A DNA stretch of 64,000 bases. Source: Rebecca billardiae RCC1528 (taxonomy: Eukaryota > Protista > Haptophyta). Where the stretch lies: the NCBI GenBank assembly GCA_965240325.2, contig OZ251240.1:1426001-1490000 (forward strand). The letters run 5' to 3'. Position numbers and translations under genes: made by a program. This document shows positions 1 through 12,450 of the stretch, one piece after another. The notes under the pieces are model-generated. The model saw nothing but the letters and a program-made list of their open reading frames with translations. It did no database searches and was not told where the DNA came from. The number at the start of each line of letters is the position of its first letter. Positions within the stretch are counted from its first letter, which is position 1.

Positions 1-885
1 GCCAGACTTGTCGATCGCCTGCGGGGAGGGCACGCCGCGCGCGCGGAGAAGACGAGTTGCGTGAGCGCGCGGGTCGGCGCGCGTGCGCACGGCGCGCCGC
101 GCACCGCGCGCGCCCACCGTGGTGTAGCAGCGGATGGCGGCGGCGAAGCGCCCCTCCTGGAAGGCCTTGTTGCCCGCGTCCTTGTTGGCGGCCGCCGACA
201 GCTCCTGCCGAGAGGGGGGCGGGCGCTCCTGCCGGGGGCGGCCGTACCGGTTGTACCGCGAGCGCTCGCCCTCGCCGTCCTCGTCGCTGAAGTCGTCGTC
301 ATCGTCGTCGTCCTCGTCGTCGAAGCGCGAGCGCCCGCCGCCGAAGCCGCCGCCAAAGCCGCGCGGCGGCGGCGGCGGCGGCGGCGGGCCTCGGCCGCCG
401 CGCCTGCCGCCGCCGCCGCCGCCGTGCTGGCGGCGCGGGCCACCCGGCATCGGGCCAAAGTGCATGCCGCCACCACCGCCCAGGTCGCCGAAGAAGATGC
501 TCATCAGCGGATCGGCGAACGGGTCGTCGCCGCCGCGCCGTCGGCCGCCGCCGCCGCCGCCGCCGCGCCGGCCGCGCGGGCCGTGCTGGTGGTGCGCAAA
601 CATGCGCGACGCGAACGCGTTCGCGAAGAATTGCGAGAGGAAGTCGGCGATGTCCTCGTCGTCCATCGCGTCGTACTCGTCCTCGCTGTCGTCCTTGCCC
701 GACATGAGCCGCTCCATCGCCATCGTCACCTCCTGCATCTTCTCGGTCGTGTCCACGCCCGGGTTGCGGTCCGGGTGGTGGATCATCGCCTTCTGCTTGA
801 AGGCCTTGCGGATCGTCGTCTCGTCGGCGCCCTCCTCCACCTCGAGGATCTCGCGCGCTTGCGCGAGGCTGACCTTCGACGCCAT
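1..885 (-). CDS. J-domain (DnaJ) protein with downstream TPR repeat; 5' part only, exons 885-118 and 18-<1
   Basis: Read by hand (absent from the ORF track): MASKVSLAQAREILEVEEGADETTIRKAFKQKAMIHHPDRNPG with the HPD motif, G/F-rich and acidic linkers, then TPR-like ANKDAGNKAFQEGRFAAAIRCYTT|AIDKS across a GT-AG intron at 117-19. Confidence 0.85.
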   Translation of the reverse strand, partial: MASKVSLAQAREILEVEEGADETTIRKAFKQKAMIHHPDRNPGVDTTEKMQEVTMAMERLMSGKDDSEDEYDAMDDEDIADFLSQFFANAFASRMFAHHQHGPRGRRGGGGGGGRRRGGDDPFADPLMSIFFGDLGGGGGMHFGPMPGGPRRQHGGGGGGRRGGRGPPPPPPPPRGFGGGFGGGRSRFDDEDDDDDDDFSDEDGEGERSRYNRYGRPRQERPPPSRQELSAAANKDAGNKAFQEGRFAAAIRCYTTVGARGARRAVRTRADPRAHATRLLRARGVPSPQAIDKSG

Positions 886-1195
886 GCCTCCGCGCGGCGC
901 AGTCGGTCCACTCCCCCGATGCACTGTGGCGCGCGCGCGCGCCCCTCCCAGCGATCCCGCGCTGCTCCCGCAGCAGTCCTGGAAGCGTGGGGCTGCGCCG
1001 GTCCGGGCGGGCTCTTGCGGGCCGGACGGACGGGCCGGAGATCTCTCCGCTCCGGATGAAAGCGCTTGGCCAAAGGAATCAAGCTTTGGCTTGGCACTGG
1101 CGCTTCGCTTCGCTGCATCCTCAGCCGCATCGGCTCGGCCCTCGCCCCTCGCTCGCTCGCACGGCCGCCGGGCGCGGGCAACTCGGGCATCGCGA

Positions 1196-4100
1196 ATGAG
1201 CCACCCGTTCGACAACCATCTGGCCCACTGGGAGCTGGACAAGTACCTCAACCAGATAACGGCCGGAATGGTGGACGCTCTGGGGGACCAACCGCCGCCG
1301 CTCCAAGCTGATGAGGCTCCTCCTCGCGGAGGCGCGGCGCAAGCCGACGCGCCCGTGCCGCCCGTGCCGGCCCCGCCGACGTGGGGGGACACGCAGCTGC
1401 GTACGTGGTTGGTCGGTATCCTCTGGCCGGAGGTGATCGATCGGATGGTCGAGCAACGGCCAGAGGTGCTCCTCGCCGCTGAGTACGCATACCAGCGGGA
1501 GATCTGTCAGCGGCTGCAGCAGCAGCGGCAGCAGCTGGAATTGCTGCGGCAGCAGGCGCAGCAGGAGGAGCGGGTCCAGCAGCTGGCGCAGGAGGTCCGG
1601 CGGCTCCAGCAGAGTTGGCAATCCATGGTCCAGCTCGTCCGCACCGACCGGGTCGTGTACGCCTTGCAGGCGCTTGATCCCGCACAGGCGCAGCCGCCTG
1701 CGCCTGTGGAGGTGAACCCGCCCGCGGTGCATCCGCCGGCAGCTCCGGGGCCGGTCGGCGACTGCGCCGGTGTCCCGGCAGCTCTCGAGCCCGCTGTGAG
1801 CACGGGCGGCGCAGCTGGCCCCAGCAGTGCCGGTGGCGGTGCGGTGATCGCAGCGGTGCCGAGCGTCGCCGCCGCGGCGCCAAGCGGCCTCGCCGCGGCG
1901 TCGCAGGCCATCCCGCCTTCTCGGGCCGTCGATCATTCGTCCGGAGAGGGCCAATTCCGCACAAAAGTCCTCAAGGTGTTCAGGAAGGCGGCAAAGGAGT
2001 ACTGCGCGCACCTGGCGGCGCAGTCGCGCCCGGTGGTCGAGGGTCGCCAGCCGCCGCCGGACTACGAGCTGTCGGAAGAGATGCAGGGCGAGTTCGACCG
2101 CCTCATCGACTTTGGCGACGACGACGGCCTGCGCACCGAGCTGCTGTCCAAGGCGCTGGTCAAGCTCAACGAGGTCTGCTGCGTCGCTTTCGCGCGGCGG
2201 AGGGCGGCAGACGGGAGCATGGGCGAGGGCCACGTCGACGAAGACCAAGTCAGCTGCGAAGCTGCCGACAAGGCCCGCGCGGCGCTGGTGAAGGCGCTGG
2301 ATGCGGCGATGAGACACCGGTACGTGTACTTTGTGTACAAGCGCAATGGCAAGTTGGCGGAGCACCACCCGCAGCAGGAGATGGACGAGGCGCGGCGCCT
2401 TGCCGAGGCGCATCGCAGCGAGCCGTGGAGAAGCACGCGCATCACGCTTAAGTCGATCGGGAGCAGGTGGGGCTGCGTGCTCAACCTGCTGCTGCTGCGG
2501 CGCGACGCCGCGTTTGCGCTCCTCGCGGCTCTGCAGAGCGCGCACCCGCCCACGCTCGGCGGCGAGCCGGTGCTGTGGGCCGTGATGCTCAAGCTGGATT
2601 GCGAGGAGGTGGTGGAGCAGGCGCGCCTCACCGCTCCCGCCGAGTGCTCCCTGGACGAGTGCGCCTCGATCGCGCGCACGCTCGTTTGCGACGTGCTGCG
2701 CCAGCCTCTCGTCGTCTTCACGAGCGCGCCCTCGGACGCAGCCGCGCCGCCCCTTGCGGTGGCAGCCACAGCCAACAGCCTCATCGCACCCGCCCAGCCG
2801 CAGGTGCGTGTGCCGCTCGGCGCGCCGCACCGCGCCCTGTGCTGCGGCGGCTGCTCGCGCCGATCTGACCCGCGCCGCCACGCACGCCACCTGCGCCGCC
2901 CAGCCCGCGCCTCAGGCAGCAAGCGCGCAGCAGCAGGGGCCCTCGCCCGGTGCGGCCTCGGCCGAAGCGGAGGAGCGCCACTCAGGCGGGGGGGTTGTGG
3001 GGCGCCTGGTGGGCTCGCTCGCCTCCTCAGACGAAGCCGCGAGCCAGCGCGCTGCTGCGAGCTCGAGTGCGCGCACCGCTACGGCCGCGGCCGCGGCTGT
3101 GCTGCCGCCGAGGCCGAGCACGGAGCCGAGTGGGCCCGCGCTGCCGCCGCAGGGGCCGAGCACGGAGCCGAGCGAGGCGGAGGTCCTCGGGCGCTTCCGT
3201 GAGGCGAGCGGGCTTGAGCCCGCCATCATCGACATGCTCGTCGACTCGATCCGGCACGATCCGGCGCAGCACGTGGACAAACCGGACCGCCAGGGCGGCG
3301 AGCTTGCGCGGTTCCTCGTCCGCGCGGCCGCGTGCGCCGATTCCGCCGCGCACGCGTCGGACGGCGCGACGGGCGCGCCGCGTGCCAGCCCGGACCTGCT
3401 CTCGGCGCTGTGCGCTCTGCCCGAGCTGGTGCGGCTGCGCGAGGCGGCGCAAAGCCGCGTGCCGCTGAGCAAGGCCGAGCTGAAGGCACTGCTGGTCGCG
3501 GCCGCGGACGCGATCATCGCCGCCACCCCGCTTGGCAGCAGCCTGCGCACGAACCTCGTGCCGGAGCTGCGCAGGCAGGCGGAGGCGATGCGCGGCCACG
3601 GCCGGGCGGCGGTCGCAATCCTCAACACGATCGGCGCGCTGCTGAGATCGCACTTCGGTGACCGGCTTGGCGGGGCGAGCGACGGCGGGGGGCGGCCGCC
3701 GTCGGAGCCCGCCAGCGCTCCCAACGCGGGCGAAGACGAGATCGAGGACCTCGATGACGACGACGACAACGACGCGGAGGGTGGCGCCGACGCCGACGCC
3801 GACGACCGCAGCGACGACCAGCCTGCCACGGGCGCGATGCCCGTGCGCGAGCAGCGCGAGCCGTCGGACTGGCCCGACACGCCCAAAGTCGTGTGCGACG
3901 CGTTCGAGCTGATCATGGGCATCGCGCCGCTGCGCCAGTCGCTGCGCTTCGAGCTCGTGCCGTTCCTGCGACGCGTCCACGACAACATCGCCAGCGGCCT
4001 GGCCCACCTCGACAGCTCCGACGGCGAGTTCTTCACCGAGCCGTGGCGGCGCATGCTGGGCGGCGGCAAGTGCCAGTCGCGCAAGACGCCGCTCAAGGTG

Positions 4101-5967
4101 TGCACGGTCGTGCTGTGCCGGATGATGGGCGTGGCGACGGTGGTGATCACCACGGGCACGAGCGGGCGCGACGACCTCTTCTCCAAGTTCTTTGAGCTGC
4201 TCGACGGCGTCCACGTGCCCTACCCCGAGCCGGCCGTCAAGCCGGGCTCGGAGGTGGAGTTCCGGTACGAGCGTGTGCCGGGCTCGCTGCCGCAGCTGGC
4301 GGAGCACAAGGGCACGCGCAGCGCGAAGACGTTCGTGATCAAGCACCCATTCAAGCAGGGCAGGCATCGCGAGTGGGTGCTCGACACGCTGGTCAGAGGC
4401 GGCTGCCTCGTCATCAACCACTCGCCGGCGGCGATCGAGAGGGCGATCGAGCTCATCCGCTCTGCAGAGCGCCAGTCGATCGACCCGCGCCTCGCAGTGA
4501 TGCGCGGCAGCCGGCCCGCGCGCAAGCTGCAGTTCGCGCTGGTGCTCGACGAGGCAGACGACTTCTACCGCACCGCCGCAGCACACCGCGAGGGGCAGTT
4601 CAGCCAGGCCATCCAGCTCGAGCGCAAGCTCGAGGAGCTCCGCGAGCTCGGCCCGATCCTGCAGCTCGAGGTGACGGCGACGCTGCTCGCGATCTACATG
4701 ATCTACAAGGAGACGGGCGCCGCGGACGAGATCGAGGGTGCCGACATCGTGTACACCGACGCGTCGGAGGAGTACGTCGGCACCGACCGCTTCAAGCCGC
4801 CAATCGACGCGACCGGCGCGCCGTGCTTCCTCCAGCCCGGCGAGCTCAAGCCGGCCAACGACTTTATCAGCCCCACCGTGCTCGAGTTTTATCACGGCGC
4901 CGCGTCGCACGAGCGCGCGCTCGTTCTGGACGCGACGAGCTCGGCGGTGACGGCCAGGGGGAACATCTTCACCAAGTCGCAACGGCTGCTGCGCGAGGTG
5001 CCGCGCGCCATTGCCATCGTCGTCTCGGGCAGCGTGATCTGCTGGCGCACCGACGAGCCGCGCGGCGACCGCCCCTCCGACCGCAAGCTCCACGTCTTCA
5101 AAGGGCAGCAGCGCATCTTCAGCTTGATTCTCGACGAGATCGACCGGCTGTACCCGCGGCGGCCGATCTTCGTCTTCGGCTTCTCGCAGCTCGTGCGCGG
5201 GATCTCGTACCGCTCGAAGCGGCGCGTGCCATCGCACTTCGTGCTGCTGCACGGCGAGAGCATCAGCATGTGCCGCCTCGTGCAGGCCGCGGGCCGCGCG
5301 AACGGCGAGCAGCACTCGCAGCTGCGCGCAAACGGCTTTGATCACGTCGAGCTGCTCACCACCGGCCGCACCTTCGACCTGGTCAAGCAGTACCCCACGT
5401 TCCTCGAGGAGATCAAGCGGCAGATGGATCTGCACCACACCGACCTGGCCAGCGCGCTCACGCGCGGCGCGGCGAACCAGTACCTGCCCGTCGACCGCCC
5501 CATCGGGCAGAAGAAGCTCGGCCTCGACGCTCAGCAGCTCAACACGCGCCCGCCGCTGCCGGGCGAGGCGGTGGGCGCGGAGGCGGAGGATGCCAAGCTG
5601 CAGGAGGGCGGCAGGAGCGCGCTCCGCGCAGTGCTGCAGGTGCTGATCGACGGTTTGGCATTCAGCGAGGACTACGCGATGAGTGCCGCCGATGTGAGCG
5701 AGGAGATCGGCGCCAACCCGCGCCACTACGACAGCTTCTGCCACGAGGGCGAGGTGAAGGCGAGCGAGATGAACGCCGCCGACGTGCGGTCCAAGCTGGC
5801 CGCGCTCTGCGTGTCGCGCCCGCCGCGCGGCGCGCTCGTGATGAAGGAGAAGGTCGGCAGGAAGCTCGTGTACTTCGTGAACGAGTCGGTGCTTGATGCG
5901 GTGCGCGCGCCCTCGGGCGGCCAGGCAGCGCCCGGCACAGCGACGACCGGCGCGCAACCGGCCGCCA

Positions 5968-6020
<53 letters not shown>

Positions 6021-6674
6021 AGCGCGCCGGGGCCGGCTGCGGCGGCCGCCGGCGCGCCGGCCACGGCCGCGGCCGCCGCACGCTCGGCTTCACCGTCCGA
6101 CGAGCTCGACGACGACGCGGAGGATGACGCGCAGCATTTCGCGCTCTCGCAGCCGGACCCGAGCGCTCGCACCGGCCGCGCGGCCGCATTGGAGGAAGCC
6201 CGCACCGCGCAGGTCGAGGAGGACTGGATGCTCGCCCTCGCGCTCGAGGCCTCGACGCACGCCACGACGCCGGAAGCGAATGACGACGTCGAGCAGTGGG
6301 ACGAGGACCTCTCGAAGGTGCTGAAGAAGTCCCTCGAGGACCAGGCGGCGTCGCAGCGGGCGAGCGGGGCAGCGCTCGGCTCGTCAAATGCAGCAGGCCC
6401 CAGCGCTCTCAACACGTCAGCTGCTCCCGCCTCCACGTCGGCGAACCCCGCCGGCAGCGGCACGCCGCACGGCGGCAAGGCCCCTGCTCGCGACAGTACG
6501 CCGCAGCTCAAGCGCTCGAACTCGACCGCCGAGCTTGAGCAACGCCGGGAGGCGAAGCGCGCTCGCGGAAAGCGCAGGAGCCAGTCGCAGCGGAACGGCG
6601 AATCAACATGGTCCGACGCCGCGATGGAGTACCAGGCGGCGCTCATCCGCGGCGATGCCATCGATTTGACATAA
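1196..6674 (+). CDS. ~1790-aa SF2 helicase-like protein (Z1-associated type) with winged-helix-like region, two UIM-like motifs and terminal SIM; exons 1196-2803, 2904-6674
   Basis: A GT-AG intron (2804-2903) joins ORF 134..3202 to ORF 2754..6674 in frame. Motifs: GGGKCQSRKT, LVLDEADD, EVTATLL, YVGTDRF, FGFSQLVRGISY, LVQAAGRANG; EEDWMLALALEAS, DEDLSKVLKKSLED; DAIDLT-stop. Confidence 0.75.
5968..6020 (+). repeat. (GCCGAC)n coding repeat (Ala-Asp)
   Basis: About 8 consecutive gccgac units inside the helicase-like CDS. Confidence 0.9.
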
Positions 6675-6697
6675 TATGTACACGTGTATCGAGCCCG

Positions 6698-7320
6698 AGG
6701 GCCAGGTTCCCCAGCATCAAGCGCAGCATCTACAGCAGCCCGCCGGCGGGTCGGGCTGCGACGTCGACTAGAACCTCATCCGCTTCATCGCCCAGAGCCA
6801 CTAGGCGGCGTGCTCGCTCTCCAAGCCCCTCTTCAGTCTTCTGGGCTGTGGGCAGCCTTCTGCAGCTGCGTGTCGCCAGGCCGCCGGCGGCGCGCGGCGA
6901 CGCGTACGACGACCTCATCCTCATCCAGGCGCCCACGCGGGCGCCCGGGGGCGACAGCCGCGGCTGTCGCCTCCGCAGCTGCTCGCCGCTAGGTCACGGC
7001 GGGCGCCGACATCGACTACGACCTCACCCTCATCCAAGTGCTCCAGAAGGCGCTCGGCCGCGGCGGCATCTGCCGTCGCCGCCGCGTGCCCCAGGCCGAG
7101 GCGGTGCTTCCGTAACTAGGGGGGCAGGGCTGCGGGTGGCGCACTGCCTGACCTGGTCGGAACGCGCGGACTACGCGCCATTCGTCTCATTACTACATCA
7201 TCATCTTTGTGTCTGCTGCGCACGCTCTCATCATGATCATCAGCCTATATATATATATAATATGACTACTATACGCCTGCTGCCCGTTGCATACTACGTA
7301 CGACTAGCTACGCGCCGTTA
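6698..7320 (+). repeat. Dispersed repeat copy A; probable decayed retroelement 3' end
   Basis: gggccaggttccccagcatcaagc...ctgacctgg aligns by eye with 8216-8660; the tail ccgttgcatac resembles those at 37320 and 37775. Confidence 0.7.
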
Positions 7321-8215
7321 TTGACGATGTGTATATATATATATAATATATTATATACATATATATAATATGACCAAGTAGGCTGCGCGCCTGCGCCATT
7401 CTGCTTTACTCACGCCTTGGCGACGTCGCGATGGTGCCCGCCGACGCGGCCCCCGCCCCGCTCGCTGGCCCCGGGTGCGAAGCACACGGGGCTGGTGGGG
7501 CGGGGGCCGCATGCCTGTGGTGCTCCCCCATGCTCATCTTCGGCAATCTCCTGCGCGCTCGTCGGCCTCGCGGCACTCCTGCTTGGCTGCGACATGACTA
7601 CGACTAGTTCTACGACCTCTACGACCACTTCTTCCTCCCTTCGTGCGCACGCGCTGGCCCTCGCAGAGCCAGTCGGACGCGGCGTGGGTGGCGGCACGAG
7701 CGCGGCCAGCGCGCTCGGCCTGCCTGCCTGCGAGCCTCCATGGATGCGTGCGCGTGGGGCCGGGTTCTGCCACCGTTCATTGCCAACAGCAACTGGGCAC
7801 GGACCTGCGACGAGGCATGCCGCCTTTCCCCACGCGCCCTTCAGGTTGTCCCGGCTCAGCCGGTCGCTTCGGCGGCCGACGGGCCCTCGGCCGGCTCCCC
7901 CTTCCCGGGGACTCGGTGGGGCACCGCCAGGAGTGTCTCGCGGCGGGCGGGCCGAGCGCGCGGGTCGCCAGCTGACCCCGCGACGTTCGATTCGACTGCT
8001 CTGCGCTGGCACGTGCACGCGGAGATCAACCACACGCAGCGGGTCCGGGATAGGCACTGGCACCCTCTTTCTCCAGCCGGCCGCCGGCTGCATCGCCTCG
8101 GGGGGCGATGCAGCAGGTGGACGCCGCTGCACCCATCTGGCCCTTGGCGCTGGCCTCCTCCGTGCCCTTCGCTCCACCCTAGGTGGAGCAGGGGGTGCGG
8201 GGTGTGACGCGCCCA

Positions 8216-8874
<659 letters not shown>

Positions 8875-10613
8875 ACGCAGCTGGCGACGCCAGGGCCCTG
8901 CCGATGATGATTGATGAGGCTGTGCCCACGTGGTACCGAGCAGCACCACGAGCAGTGTGAGCTGCTGGTCGTGGTCAATGTATGTATCATAATGGGATCG
9001 TTGATCAGACGAGTGGCGCGTGTCCGCAGTGGGAGTGGCCGGCTCGGTGATCCTCGTTGAGGCACTCACTGTGGTCTGGACCCGCATGGCGCTGTCCGCG
9101 CGCCCACTGATGAACTACAGGCCTCTGGCTGGCAGGACCGGCAAGCCAGACAGACAGACAGACAGGGGCGGGAAGGGCGGGCCAAACAAAGCAGCTGCTG
9201 GTCGTGGCAATGCGCGGCTCGGGCGTGCGGCGGTAGGCGCGCAGCCGAGCGGCTTGCTGAGACGAGTTGGGCATCCTCTGCTGGAGGTCGAGGCGATAGG
9301 TGTCTCGGGCGCGCAGCTGTTGTGCGCTGCCGAGTCCTACCTCGCGCGGATCGAGGAGCGAGGTGCGCGCCGATGATGCCCGCTGAATGCCCCCTTTTGG
9401 GGCTCCGACGAGGCGGCAAGAGCCAGAGCAGCTCGCCTTGCAACGAAGTGGAATGGCTCGGGGGCGCCCGAGAAGCCACTCTCACTCCAGGTGATGCAGC
9501 AGCCAGCCGTGTACCCGTAGAAGGTTCATGACGAATTCTGCGAGCTGGGTGCAACAGAGTAAGAGGCCACACGGCGAGCCCCGCCGTCGCGCAGCTCGTA
9601 CACACTCAGTTATTGTACCAATAACACCACATATATATAGTCCCTCACAAGTTTAAGCCTCCCGACATTGTTCGCCATATCAGCGCAGCAAAGCAGCGGC
9701 GCGCCACCATACCAGGGGCGTACTTGGCCCACTCCACTGCCGTGCACATGAGGTGCGCCCGGACCCGATTGCTCGAGTCCTCGCAAATAGGCGTGGCTGT
9801 GCATCCTGGGTTGACGTTTGGTACCTGGCGGCCGGCGAGCTCGACTGGCGGCGAGCAGACCTGCCTGCGTGCCGCCGGCTGTCGGCAGCCTCCGTGCGCT
9901 GAGCCGCGCGCCGCGCGGTGCGTGTGCGACGTAGCTCCGCCCACGACACGCATGCACCCTCGCGCCGCGCCGCCAGCTTGGCGCTGCCGTCAGCCAGAGC
10001 CGATCGAGTGCATGCCCGAGCCTGCTCCGAGAGCATCAATATGGGCTGCGTGTGGCAGCACTGCGTAGCGGGCGGGAGAGTTGACTCACGTGCTGACTTG
10101 TTTATCTCCATGCCGCGCGGCGCTGACCATAGACGCATCAGGCAGCGCGCGCGTGTGAACGACAGATCCGCCTTGCTGATCATCAGACCAGCTGAGTGCC
10201 AAGGAACAAGTTGGGCTGCCCGTGTCAGGTGATCCGCGTCGACGCGTTGCATAGCGCAGCAGACGGCAACAGTATCAACAAGGACAGGCACACGCGCAGC
10301 ATCAGTGCCGCTTCCTCCGTGCACGATGCCGATGTGCGCTTGCGGCAATCGGCCCGGCCAAGCTGACATTCGGCTCGCACAGCGCCGCTCTGACCGATGA
10401 CGCGAAGCGAGCGCCCAAGGAGCAGGCTTGACGGACGAAGAGATGACGCATGCGGTAGTGATCTGTCACTAGCGCGTGCGTGACTAGCGCGCGAGGCGCC
10501 AAGATGCGCGTTCAGCGCGCGCAACCGCGGCGAACGTCGCTTCCCTGCGGGCTCACCGCCCCGGCCGGTCCGCCGGCAGAGCGCCGGCACACCCCGCGCA
10601 CGCGCGAACCGTA

Positions 10614-10673
10614 TGAAAGAGCGCCCGGACCGCAGCGATCTCATGAGATCGCTGCGGTCCGGGCGCTCTTTCA
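10614..10673. repeat. Perfect 60-bp palindrome, no spacer
   Basis: tgaaagagcgcccggaccgcagcgatctca|tgagatcgctgcggtccgggcgctctttca. Confidence 0.97.
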
Positions 10674-10949
10674 GCCGACCGCCCTCCCGTGGGTTTGTGG
10701 GATAAGCCGTACCGGTCTCTAGGCTCCGTGGAAATCGTTATTGGTCGTTTTTCGGGCGGAGGGCGGGAACGAGCATCATGGCGCACCTTGTTCGCACGTG
10801 TCGGCCAATGGCTGGGTGGCGGCGGTCACGCGGCGGCGGGTTAGCTGAGTCCGTCATCGGCTGGCGGCGGCGGGATTGACGACGACGAGTCCGACGTGCT
10901 CGATCGTTCCGGGGAGCCCGAGGCGGAGAACACGTACGTGTCCGGCTAC

Positions 10950-12450
10950 ATGGATGCGGACGAGCATCATGATGATCCCGTCGCTCCGCCTTGCGGCTCG
11001 CATGACGAACATGCGGCGTCGAGGAGGCGAACATGGCGCGCGCTCAGGGCGATGCGCCAGATAGTGGCGAGCACATGTTCGTCGACGCTGCCGAGCCTAT
11101 GGTCGTTGCCGAGGACGCAGAGGAGGACGCCGATGGTGGCCTGACTCTGCCGGCTGCAGCACTCGCGGCCGAGCAGCACTCGCGGCCGAGCCGGCGCGCG
11201 TCCCTGTGTCGCGCGAGGGCGGGACGGTGAAGCCGGACGCGAAGCAGGAGTGTGTGTACTTCTCTCTCCGCGCGATCGGCACCACGGCGCGTGCGGGAGC
11301 GCCGGTGCAGCCAGGCATCGGCTGGTCGAGCTCCATATCGTCGCCAGCATCAACACACTTCTTCCGGGGCCAGATGAAGATGCTGAGGCCGAGCTGGAGC
11401 CGATCAAGGTGGGTGCGTTGGCGGGCAAGTTCAACACGGCGGGAGTGTCCATCGCACCTGACCCGGAGTGGCATGCGCTCACGGCCGAGGCCGTGGCGAC
11501 CAAGCCGGACTTCGCATCGGAGGTGGACGGTCTGCTGGATTGGATGAAGGAGATCATCACGGACACCGGGTTTGATGGCATTCTGTGTGCGCACGGCGGC
11601 GACTCGTACGACTTCCGCCTTCTCGCGCTCGAGCTGGCCGCCGCAGAGCGGCTGCTGCCAGCGAGGGTGCAGATGTGCGCTGACCCCGCGGCGATGGCCC
11701 GTCGCTTCAAGGAGGAGGACTGGCAGGAGTGGACCAAGGGCAAGCCGGTGATGAGCCCGAGATCCATGGTCACGTTCGAGACTTGAAGCCGCTGCGAGGC
11801 AGGCGGTGATGTGTCGGATTGGGCCGACGCAACGGCGCTTGTCATGCACGGGCCCGCAGTCGCTGCTGCCCTGCACAAGGGCAAGGTCGGTGCGCGCTGG
11901 CTTGACGAGCCGAGCCGAGCGCGCAGCCGACGGCGGCGGCCGCCGCCGCTGCGGCAGGGCAGCAGGTGGCAGCGCAGCGAGCGCCCACCGGCGTGATGCT
12001 CTGGGCGCGGCGGAGCCTGGCAACCTCGGCGCAGCGCGGGCACGAGCCAGTGACAGGTGCCTGGGTCGAGCTCGACATGGGTGAGATGCAGGACGAGCTG
12101 CAGCGCGTCGGCGCTGCGAGTGGCGAGCCCGTGCAGCCAGCGGCTCTCCGCGCGCACGATCTGAGGCGGCAGGACAAGATTGCAGCGGTGAAGAAGGGGG
12201 CGTGACAGCGCGAGGACGGGGGCTGGCACGCGAGCGAGGCGGCCCCATGGCCGAGCCGCGAGCTGTGCGCGCACCTAGCCGGACACGGCTTCGTCACGCG
12301 CCGGGGCAAGCTCGTGGGCGTGGCGCTGGACGGAGTCGGCGCTCTCGGCGTTGCGCTGCTCCGCTTCATACTCACGTTGCCCATTCTGTCGACGGTGGTG
12401 GCGGCGACGAACTGGCGGGCGACGCAGAAGGTGGTCGAGGTGCGGCGCGC
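10950..12450 (+). pseudogene. Frameshifted remnant: DEDDh (DnaQ-like) exonuclease followed by a possible Mutator-like/Kolobok-type transposase fragment
   Basis: LCAHGGDSYDFRLL resembles the ExoII motif AHNxxxFD; CVYFSL..TT..HRLVEL resembles a degenerate ExoI. Downstream EDGGW...LAGHGFVTRRGKLV. Several frame breaks. Confidence 0.45.

Noticed and set aside
134-1195. 5' part of ORF 134..3202
   Set aside because: Antisense to the J-domain gene; the plausible start is ATG 1196.
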